Shown piece after piece: positions 9,883 through 17,022 of a DNA stretch of 17,022 bases (position 1 is the first letter of the stretch; every line of letters begins with the position of its first letter). Both the position numbers and the translations under genes were made by a program. The notes beneath the pieces were generated by a model. That model was not told the DNA's origin and ran no database searches. It was given only the letters and a program-made list of their open reading frames with translations. Source of the stretch: an uncultured Nitrososphaerales archaeon (GTDB lineage: Archaea; Thermoproteota; Nitrososphaeria; Nitrososphaerales; Nitrososphaeraceae); assembly GCA_963709405.1 (NCBI GenBank), contig CAVPXM010000092.1, positions 1 through 17,022 of the forward strand. The letters run 5' to 3'.

Positions 9883-11151
9883 TCATAGGTGATGTGTATC
9901 TTTAATCTCACGAGTTACAAACAATTTATACCAAATTTCTAAGCTTAATAATTGAAGCAGTTTGCTAATATATCTCGGATCTCCGGTTTGATCTATTCTA
10001 GATAATGCACTAAGATACCATTTCTGATCTATTATTTGTTCCTCAAATATCCGACCTCGATCCAAATTAGACGTTACAATCTCTTTCCCCTCATTTGACC
10101 ATAATGTGTTCAAGTCCATGCCAAATCCTATTTTTTCGTTCTCAATGAACTCATGCTTGGAGTTGCGTTTTAGGATAGATCGCAGTGGAATCTTCCCAAC
10201 ATTATTTTTAAAATCATATTTCAAATCTGGAGGAATTTTGGTGGAGAGAATTACAACTTCGTCATCCAAAAGGGGTGCTATTCCCTTAATATTAAAATGG
10301 TGAAAATATTTCTCATTTGTGGGTACGAAATCGTGCATTAACTTACCATGATAGTCTGCATACAACAACTGGTCTAGTGGTTCTAGATCGTTGTTGAAAT
10401 ATTTTTCGAATATTTCGTAAATTGAAAACCAATTAAATTTCATCTTTTCTGCGAACATTTTTTCTTGATCATCTACCCAATCACGCTCATGACATTGTAG
10501 ATAGATCTGAATACGTTCTAGCGAAGTGGATTTTGATGTAATGGTTGAAAGGAATTTCCTATATCTGAACGTATATCCTGCAAATAATTCATCACCACCA
10601 TCCCCAGTAAACAGGATATTAGAAGTAGATTTTGCCTCCTTGATAAAATAATATTGATATATATTCCATCTCGGTTCTTTAACTATGCTTAACATTTTGA
10701 CTAGATCTCTTAATGGATTTTCTACAACGATATGATTGAATCCTGCTCCTTTACTCTCTGATATCTGCTTAGCAATCAAAACTTCATGATCATCGTAGAA
10801 GCTTACGCCATAACAATTGATGTCGATAGCTGGAAATTCTTCTCGTATTAGCGAAAATATAAGATTCGAATCTACACCTGTGCTCAATGCAAGCGCAATA
10901 CGGTTAGCGTTATTTGTCTCAACAGACTTTTTTATAATACGACGTAGAGTTTTTTCTATTTCCAAAGAAGTCGGAATTGGTTCTATGCTTTTTCTTTGAG
11001 CCAAAATTTGATCCGTGGTAATATTAATAATTTTAGATGTATTTTTTGGATAGGAAGGGTCATATCTCAATGTCAGCAAATTGCATAGATTTATCAACGG
11101 TAAGTCGTACTTCTGCCTTTTAAAAAATATATCGTAAGACTTGAGGCGCAA
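9883..11151 (-). CDS. Asparagine-synthetase-like ATP pyrophosphatase (synthetase domain only)
   Basis: PP-loop variant ALSTGVDS, TGDGGDELFAGY, APLLD, GKIPLR, KIGF, LEIW; no N-terminal Cys Ntn-glutaminase domain. Start uncertain. Confidence 0.88.
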   Translation of the reverse strand: MRLKSYDIFFKRQKYDLPLINLCNLLTLRYDPSYPKNTSKIINITTDQILAQRKSIEPIPTSLEIEKTLRRIIKKSVETNNANRIALALSTGVDSNLIFSLIREEFPAIDINCYGVSFYDDHEVLIAKQISESKGAGFNHIVVENPLRDLVKMLSIVKEPRWNIYQYYFIKEAKSTSNILFTGDGGDELFAGYTFRYRKFLSTITSKSTSLERIQIYLQCHERDWVDDQEKMFAEKMKFNWFSIYEIFEKYFNNDLEPLDQLLYADYHGKLMHDFVPTNEKYFHHFNIKGIAPLLDDEVVILSTKIPPDLKYDFKNNVGKIPLRSILKRNSKHEFIENEKIGFGMDLNTLWSNEGKEIVTSNLDRGRIFEEQIIDQKWYLSALSRIDQTGDPRYISKLLQLLSLEIWYKLFVTREIKDTHHL

Positions 11152-11256
11152 ATCTGATTTCCAAAATAAAGCAAAAGGAATCTATGAATCTGCGCTGCTC
11201 TTAAATTCTATATATTGATAGAATTTTAATGCATAACAACGATAGCCCTTGAAACT

Positions 11257-12138
11257 TCAAGGATTCATTCGTTTGTATGCTCCTTCCAATATCACCCCTA
11301 TTTTTTCTGGGGAGTGATATTTCTTTACATATTCTATTCCTTCTTTTGATAGTCTTTGTTGGGCGCTTGCGTCTTCTATTAAAGTTTCTAGATCCTGCCT
11401 AAAATTCTGCATAGTAGTCAGAAAGATTGGTGGTTTGTATTTATCGTATAACTTGTCAGAGACGTATGCGATGACCGGCTTTCCAAGTGCCATGCCTTCA
11501 AGCTCGAATCTCCCAAACCAGCCAATTTTCGGAATGATCTTTCCGATCACGATGTCGCAAGTAGAAATTAACCTTAATGTCTCTTCATACGAAAAGCCTA
11601 GTACTTTGATTATGTCACACTTACCAGTCTCCTGCAACGAATCTAATATCGCAGAATAAACATCATCATGCCCATACATTTTATAATAAGGATAATGTGC
11701 TATTCTGACTCTCCCTTCACGTTTATTTTCTGCCCGCGCTACCAACTCGTCGATATAAACTGGACTAGGAAGCCACGTTCCATTAGGGGCATATTGTAAC
11801 AAGTCAGGAGTCGAGACTAGACAAAAATCATCATCATGCTTCCCCCTAAGATCGTCACCGTGATAATGCTTGATGTATATCTTCCCACGTTTTCGTTTTT
11901 CTAAACCCACTCTTAACGAGCCGTATGGATAATGATAATGCCATATATCATATTCTTGCAACCTTCTAAATACTTTCCACCTTGAAAAAGGGGATTTGTA
12001 ATTTATCATAATTCCACCAAACTGATTATAGATCTTTGTGTTGAATACATAAACATCCGACAAATGTCCTTGTAATGTTTGCACCCGGGAAAGAGCAGAG
12101 CCGATACCTGAGGTATTGTTTATATGCGCAATTTTCAT
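11257..12138 (-). CDS. Glycosyltransferase, GT-B/GT4-like (short)
   Basis: MKIAHI, YDIWHYH, HYHGDDLRG, FGRFELEGMALGKPVI. Confidence 0.87.
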   Translation of the reverse strand: MKIAHINNTSGIGSALSRVQTLQGHLSDVYVFNTKIYNQFGGIMINYKSPFSRWKVFRRLQEYDIWHYHYPYGSLRVGLEKRKRGKIYIKHYHGDDLRGKHDDDFCLVSTPDLLQYAPNGTWLPSPVYIDELVARAENKREGRVRIAHYPYYKMYGHDDVYSAILDSLQETGKCDIIKVLGFSYEETLRLISTCDIVIGKIIPKIGWFGRFELEGMALGKPVIAYVSDKLYDKYKPPIFLTTMQNFRQDLETLIEDASAQQRLSKEGIEYVKKYHSPEKIGVILEGAYKRMNP

Positions 12139-12238
12139 GTCCGTGGTAACTAGTAAAGTGACATAATAGATAATGAACCTATTGAGATCGCAGGAATAAA
12201 ACGTAGCTAGAAATAACTAGCTAAAAACCAGTAAATTC

Positions 12239-13165
12239 CTAAATTTCAGAATTTTTATCAACGTGCATCTTGTATTTTTTCTCAAGAATCTGATACTTTT
12301 GTAAGTCGACAAGTCTATTGAATTCATCGAACGTAGTCATCATCTTTCTGTGTTTTACTGTCGTACCTTTCCTTTTTAACTCTGTAAAGACTTCATTAAC
12401 TGCGTAAGTAGCTGCATATAATCCTGATAATGGGAAAACTGCAATTCTATATCCAATATCAAGGAGTCGTTTTGCGTTCATATTCGGTGTGATTCCATCT
12501 TCGATCATGTTTGCGACCAATGGCGCGTCAATTTCGTTAGTAACTTTCTTTAATTCTGCAACTGATCTTGGAGCTTCTATAAAAATCACGTCTGCACCAA
12601 CCTCTCGGTATGCTCTTCCGCGTCTGATAGCCTCATCCAATCCTAGGGGTGCTCTCGAATCTGTTCTCGCAACTACAATGAACTCTTTGCTCTTCCTTGC
12701 TTCCAGAGCTGCTCTCAACTTCGAGATATAATCTTCCATTCCGATAACATCTTTACCTTGCATATGTCCGCATCTTTTTGGCCAGATTTGATCTTCTATA
12801 AAGATACCGGCCGCGCCTATCGATTCTAAATCGCGAACGATTTTCCAAACGGTTAACGGATTGCCATAACCTGTATCTATATCGACTATAACTGGCGAAT
12901 CTACAGATCGAATAATTCGAGTTGCATTATCTATCGTTTCGCCAGCATTTAAGAAGCCGTAGTCTGGCATCCCAAGCAGCGAAGCAGCAGAACCATATCC
13001 GGTCTGAAACATAGCATCAAATCCAACATTCTCTGCAATTTTTGCAGTCAATGCATCAAAAACTCCTGGAAGAACCAGAATATTCTTCTTGTCCTCAATC
13101 TTTTCTCTTAAAGATTTATTATTCTTCTGCTTCCTCAATTGCTTCTGTCTAAAAGGAGATTGCAA
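12239..13165 (-). CDS. prpB: Isocitrate lyase/PEP mutase family lyase, probable 2-methylisocitrate lyase
   Basis: DIDTGYG, IEDQ..PKRCGH, VARTD, GADVIFIEA, ANMIEDG.TP motifs. KRCGH indicates the lyase branch; exact substrate not provable from sequence. Confidence 0.75.
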   Translation of the reverse strand: MQSPFRQKQLRKQKNNKSLREKIEDKKNILVLPGVFDALTAKIAENVGFDAMFQTGYGSAASLLGMPDYGFLNAGETIDNATRIIRSVDSPVIVDIDTGYGNPLTVWKIVRDLESIGAAGIFIEDQIWPKRCGHMQGKDVIGMEDYISKLRAALEARKSKEFIVVARTDSRAPLGLDEAIRRGRAYREVGADVIFIEAPRSVAELKKVTNEIDAPLVANMIEDGITPNMNAKRLLDIGYRIAVFPLSGLYAATYAVNEVFTELKRKGTTVKHRKMMTTFDEFNRLVDLQKYQILEKKYKMHVDKNSEI

Positions 13166-13794
13166 TTATTAAAGGATCTGTTTCGATGGATCTTCAATAT
13201 GACCTTTCGATATATTTGAGAAAACCCAATTCTATCCTTATGTTTATTATTTGGACTTACAATGCTATTCCAATTTCTTAATTTTGTGATCTGTTCTTAT
13301 GAATAATGATGTCTGAATACCCACTCCTCAACAAGATATTGCTGCTATTCATATTTCTTGATTATTAATTATATATCAAAAGTATTCCCCTCAACTTGCG
13401 ATATTTTTAATTGCCATTTTTGAATATGACTATAACTCAATTAAAGCCTGTACTTCAAGACTAGACTACTATGTCTCCTATCCGTGAAATTTTGATATTT
13501 ATCCAAGCGAATATGCTCCCCAGGACATAGCAAAATGCATTTGCCCAATGGCGTATTGATTGGAGCGGCTGTAGGGAATAATGAGAATTGAACATCCTAA
13601 TGGCAACGATATCAATACCTGACAATGATTGGTCATCAATATGGGATTACCTCAGAATATGATTCATGCTCATCATTTATTCGCAGTTGGTCAAATATCT
13701 ACAAGACACTAATTTGAGATCACAGAAATAACTATTGGATAACGCAAAGGAGATTTGTATATTTTTTTGCTAGGATTGCTTAGGAAAGTGTTAT

Positions 13795-14040
13795 ATGAAT
13801 ATGAGTAAAAGAAAGGGCATACAAAAATTGCAAGACGACGATGGTCACTTGTCCAGATTAAAAAAGAATGCTCTTGACCAGAAGGAACCTGTTGTAGTAA
13901 AAACCATTATTGATACTATTGCAGCATTTGGGAGGGAGGGAATAGAACCTATACTAGAAATTCTGAGGCAGTCGACAGATAAGTCAGTGAAAATACACGG
14001 AAGTGAAGTAATTAGACGAATAAAGATGCTAAATCCTTAA
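13795..14040 (+). CDS. Small helical (HEAT-repeat-like) hypothetical protein, 81 aa
   Basis: Pattern VVKTIIDTIAAFGREGIEPILEIL...DKSVK resembles HEAT/PBS helical hairpins. Confidence 0.6.
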   Translation: MNMSKRKGIQKLQDDDGHLSRLKKNALDQKEPVVVKTIIDTIAAFGREGIEPILEILRQSTDKSVKIHGSEVIRRIKMLNP

Positions 14041-14227
14041 TTTTATGATTCAATTTCCCCTATGACGCAGATTGTATCGACCTCCACTATTAATTGAAAC
14101 AGTCATAGAGTAAATGTCTCGACTGTATTTTTAACCCGATCCGAGCCGCTGCTTTCTAACCCATATATTGTCAAACACTAATCGGTCGATCACATTGTTG
14201 GGAAGGAATCGGTTTCTGTGATATAAA

Positions 14228-14365
14228 ACTCCCTAGTTGTAACACGATCACCCTAGACGCAACACAGTACGAGAACTTCCGGCTTCGCAACAGGGAGTGC
14301 TGTTGCAATCTCGGGTGCTCTCATAACATGTTGCACGCGGGTGCTAAGTGTTGCATGATGGGAGC
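14228..14365. repeat. Dyad-symmetric ~137-bp site: three CACCC-N5-6-GCAAC boxes, GCAACAG-GGAGTG-CTGTTGC core, three inverted boxes
   Basis: G(C/T)AAC at 14239, 14259, 14287 and GTTGC at 14302, 14330, 14350 are exactly mirror-symmetric about 14296/14297 (20 and 28 bp spacing in both arms). Confidence 0.93.
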
Positions 14366-14402
14366 TAATAAGTTAAAGCTCTGATTGTCTTAAAAGATAT
14401 GA

Positions 14403-14594
14403 TTGGTAAGCATTGAAGAAGTAAAGAAACATGCTGTTGAGATTATAGAGAGTCAGATTCATCTGACTCTGCTTTTAACCCAGTTAAATAATAAAGAAAT
14501 TGAAGAATTTAATCAATGGTATAAAACTAACTGGCATTATATGAAATTGCAGGAATTTCTGCAACTTATGGCACAGAAACGGCACACTCGCTAG
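14403..14594 (+). CDS. Small hypothetical cargo protein, 63 aa
   Basis: TTG-started helical ORF with an AT-rich TATA-like stretch (ATAAGTTAAA, 14368-14377) directly inside the left site. Confidence 0.55.
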   Translation: MVSIEEVKKHAVEIIESQIHLTLLLTQLNNKEIEEFNQWYKTNWHYMKLQEFLQLMAQKRHTR

Positions 14595-14625
14595 TTATTT
14601 CAAGGCTGCTATTGTTGCGTCAATT

Positions 14626-15883
14626 TCAATGGTGTTGATTCCAGCAGTCCGCCTGTCTCATTAGGCTTTCCACTTTGTTATGACCTAAATGCAATTCTAA
14701 CCCCGCTTTTTCCGCTGGAGTCTGGTTCTTTAATGCCTGATGAGGTCTAATGAAATTATAATGAATACGCATAGCATCGACTAGTTCCTGTGTGGGATTT
14801 GCTTTATCCAGTCCATGCGTGACCGTCTCTCTATCCCTTACGGTTCCATTCAGCCTTTCGACTTTAGAGTTTAATCCCTGATGTCCTGAGCCTATGCTTC
14901 TGATGTTTTGGATCTTTGGATTCTTTAGAGTAAAAAGTTCTTTATTAAATGCATCATCATACGCTGGCAATCCGTCATGAATTAGGGCTGAAGGTAAAGG
15001 GCGCGCGCCGTTTCATCTCCTTTAATAGCGCTACACCTGATTTGGTGTCACGTTTCTGACTTATCCTAGAACATATCCAGAACCTAGTAGTAGAATCCAT
15101 TAGATTCCATAGCCATGAATAGTGATTATCGAATTGTCTGTTAGTATGGTTATCTGGATTACTTAAAGTCATTTTAGATTCATTATTTTCCTTACGGACA
15201 TGTAGCATCATTTCGTCTACCTGATAGACACCTCCGACCTGTGGGACCAGACTGTCCACATATGGCTGAACGGTTTTACTGAACTTGCGTAACCATCTAC
15301 AGATAGAAGAGCAATTAATTTTAAAATTATAGAACTGCTTAAGGTGGTCGGCTATCTTACGCAGCGATACTCCTTTAAAGTAAAGGTCGACGGCAGCGGT
15401 GATTAGTTTTGCAGATGCCTTGGAATTCTCGAATGCTGGGTTTATGGTAAATCGATAGTTGCAGACTTTACATAGATAACGTTGAAGGTCACCACTGTTT
15501 TTGTTGTGTCTAACTACGAACTTTTTATAATTAGCGCTTAGGCACTTTGGACATACGATCTGACCTATATCGATAGCATTGTAATTACCGATATTCTCAT
15601 TATTAACTAACTGAGCAAATGTATCCTGATAGATTTTCTTTCGTAATAACTTGCTAAATTTAACGGCATGGACGTGCTTGCATTCCAGATGTCTAAATGC
15701 AAAATCAGGACATTCACACATCCAGCCATCGCTGTAATTACGAGCTACGATATACCACGTATTAGGATCTGACTGTGAGCGCACTTTATAGGTGAGTTTG
15801 TTTAATCGCTGAAGCGCTATGTCTGTATTGGCGATTTCTAGTCCTCTCATCTCCCGCGCAGTCAGATCCGTGTATGCAACCAT
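14626..15883 (-). pseudogene. DDE transposase/integrase (IS6-like) with N-terminal SWIM zinc finger, C4 zinc ribbon and HTH; ~418 aa, split by a 1-nt insertion at ~14996-15001
   Basis: SWIM CECPDF..LECKH; CPKC..CKVC; HTH GVSLRKIADHL..ICRWLRKF; catalytic VDEM, IHDG (only after frame correction: RAPLPSALIHDGLPAY) and VERLNGTVRDR; C-terminal HYNFIRPHQAL..TPAE. Confidence 0.9.
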
Positions 15884-15947
15884 TGATATCAATAGTTACA
15901 TACATAGATTTATAAATGTTATTATCGATATCAATAGATATCAATAT
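15882..15947. promoter_or_regulatory. Divergent promoter/operator: palindromic TATA box ATTTATAAAT (15908-15917) flanked by GATATCAATA x3
   Basis: GATATCAATA at 15885-15894, 15927-15936 and 15937-15946; perfect palindrome ATTGATATCAAT at 15882-15893 overlapping the transposase ATG. Confidence 0.7.
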
Positions 15948-16088
15948 ATGGCAATGAAGAGAATCCTAGTATCGGTGTCTGAAGATTTGTATGACAGTAT
16001 AGAAAAAGAGAGAAAACTTCGTAAGCTTGAAACAGTTCCAGAGGCAACAAGAGCTATCTTAAGTGATTATTTCTTCACAGAGAACTAG
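15948..16088 (+). CDS. Ribbon-helix-helix (CopG/Arc/MetJ-like) DNA-binding protein, 46 aa
   Basis: MAMKRILVSVSEDLYDSIEKERKLRKLETVPEATRAILSDYF shows an alternating beta strand plus two helices; ATG at 15948 within the longer 15819-16088 ORF. Confidence 0.8.
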   Translation: MAMKRILVSVSEDLYDSIEKERKLRKLETVPEATRAILSDYFFTEN

Positions 16089-16902
16089 CGGAAAGACATT
16101 CATACGGTTCAGAGTTATCTAATAACATGTCGTATTCAGAGCAATATCGATTAAAGAAAGCCTGATTTGCTTTCAGGTATGTAACATCGCTTGGTCTTGA
16201 ACTAGAATCACTTCCTACTGGTCGGCTTTCGACATATATCCACGCCTTATCCGCATTGTCTCTATCTATAATTATTATACTATGTTGTGAGATAGAATCA
16301 TACAGCCTGATTCGTACTAGGTCTTTGAATTCATTTTTTAATTTGCATAGTATTTCGAGTGACCCTTGAATCTGTTCCTTTATATCTTCACCTCCATGAT
16401 ACATCTTGCTTTGGACTTCTATAGATGATGAATCAGGATTTGATAATAAGAAAGTGATATGCACCTTTCTGGATAGCAATCCTTTCAGGACGTCGTAATT
16501 TGCATATGTGACAATCCTAAACGTTATTGCTAGCATTTCTATCCGTCCTTCAGCTTTGTAAAGCATCTCATTGAACGGTAGCTGAGATCTATTCTCATAA
16601 TGTTGTATACCATTTTTAATTGACTGTTGGGTTATGAGTGGTTTTGGTTCTGACATCTTTTCTTTAGGAATGATAACTTCCTCCACTGATAGAGGAGACA
16701 ATTTTATATCATTCCTGCTAAACCGATTGTTAATTTTATCTCTAAATCCCCATACAAATAGGCCAATAATACCAGCAGCAATAAAATATGGAATAACGTT
16801 TAGTAGAACACTATTCAATGGCCACCAACTCATGAAAATGCCCAGAATCATAATTGCTACGAGAACGACAATGCCAATCCCTGCTACTACTTCTTTCTTC
16901 AT
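16075..16902 (-). CDS. Membrane-anchored protein (2 TM) with a C-terminal DUF5919/PLD-like domain, 275 aa
   Basis: Two N-terminal hydrophobic helices; IEMLAITF, ITFLLSNPDS, IRLYDSISQHSIIIID, IYVE and FFNRYCSEYDML pattern recalled as DUF5919-like. Confidence 0.65.
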   Translation of the reverse strand: MKKEVVAGIGIVVLVAIMILGIFMSWWPLNSVLLNVIPYFIAAGIIGLFVWGFRDKINNRFSRNDIKLSPLSVEEVIIPKEKMSEPKPLITQQSIKNGIQHYENRSQLPFNEMLYKAEGRIEMLAITFRIVTYANYDVLKGLLSRKVHITFLLSNPDSSSIEVQSKMYHGGEDIKEQIQGSLEILCKLKNEFKDLVRIRLYDSISQHSIIIIDRDNADKAWIYVESRPVGSDSSSRPSDVTYLKANQAFFNRYCSEYDMLLDNSEPYECLSASSL

Positions 16903-16950
16903 AACCCTTTTGAATCAGTATTTTAATAAAGGCTATAATAAGCCTCACCG

Positions 16951-17022
16951 AACACCCGTCTTGCAACACAATCACCCTAGGTGCAACGGCTTGTGAGAGC
17001 ACCCTAGTATGCAGCAGGACTT
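16951..17022 (+). repeat. Second copy of the three-box arm (direct repeat of 14227-14298; inverted relative to 14300-14365), cut off by the window end
   Basis: CACCC-GTCTT-GCAAC (16953-16967), CACCC-TAGGT-GCAAC (16973-16987), CACCC-TAGTAT-GCAGCAG (17000-17017); ungapped 45/68 identity to 14227-14294 at offset 2724. Confidence 0.92.

Larger units (their letters stand above)
14296..17021. mobile_element. ~2.7-kb DDE transposon/cassette with ~65-70-bp imperfect, three-box terminal inverted repeats
   Basis: 14300-14364 matches the reverse complement of 16953-17017 at 45/65 positions ungapped (manual count). The termini AGTGCTGTTGCAAT and AGTCCTGCTGCATA resemble the IS26 IR GGCACTGTTGCAAA. Encloses a transposase, an RHH gene and two cargo ORFs. 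Exact ends uncertain by a few nt. Confidence 0.85.

Noticed and set aside
495-12731. Short antisense/shadow ORFs in the track (e.g. 495-845, 1474-1734, 2339-2545, 2706-2921, 4449-4730, 8831-9622, 11435-11659, 12489-12731)
   Set aside because: They lie opposite or across better-supported genes and have no motifs.
12239-13165. PEP mutase (phosphonate biosynthesis for a phosphonoglycan), given its position beside the glycan cluster
   Set aside because: The active-site loop is KRCGH (lyase type), not the EDKxxxxxNS motif of PEP mutases, and no phosphonopyruvate decarboxylase is present.
13608-13617. Fourth copy of GATATCAATA
   Set aside because: A single AT-rich 10-mer outside the element with no promoter context; compatible with chance.
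14228-14365. CRISPR mini-array or tRNA/ncRNA
   Set aside because: Repeat units are ~15 bp with 20/28-bp periods and switch orientation; there are no spacers of CRISPR length, no cas genes and no cloverleaf; inter-box bases do not pair.
14228-14365. Classical integron attC site
   Set aside because: Lacks RYYYAAC...GTTRRRY ends and a continuous bottom-strand hairpin; no tyrosine integrase in the window.
14610-14620. Lone TGTTGC downstream of the transposase as an internal element end
   Set aside because: No GGGTG half-box and no repeated boxes.
15819-15947. N-terminal extension of the 89-aa ORF
   Set aside because: Overlaps the transposase start and the promoter repeats; the RHH fold begins at ATG 15948/15954.
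16634-17002. ORFs 16634-16996 (+) and 16811-17002 (-)
   Set aside because: Shadow ORFs overlapping the 275-aa gene and the repeat arm; no protein-like features.

Overview
AT-rich archaeal-type DNA, most likely from a soil ammonia-oxidising archaeon (Nitrososphaeraceae-like). This is inferred from gene content, frequent TTG starts and TATA-like boxes about 25-35 nt upstream of starts; no database search was run. 1-3.2 kb: hypothetical genes, a DUF192 protein and a secreted NAT-repeat protein. 3.25-12.1 kb: a minus-strand surface-glycan cluster (SAM methyltransferase, GT2, three GT-B/GT4-like enzymes, a frameshifted polytopic GT-C-like membrane protein, a stand-alone asparagine-synthetase-like domain), followed by an ICL/PEP-mutase-family lyase (PrpB-like). 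The most striking part is 14.2-17.0 kb. A 2.7-kb unit carries a SWIM/Zn-ribbon/HTH/DDE transposase (IS6-like, one frameshift), a divergent RHH regulator and two inward-facing cargo genes. It is bounded on the left by a dyad-symmetric ~137-bp site (six CACCC-N4-6-GCAAC boxes around GCAACAG-N6-CTGTTGC). On the right it is bounded by a diverged direct-repeat copy of that site's left arm, exactly 2724 bp later, and the window ends inside that copy's central spacer. This looks like abutted element ends or recombination sites of a DDE-driven, cassette-like system rather than a plain IS.
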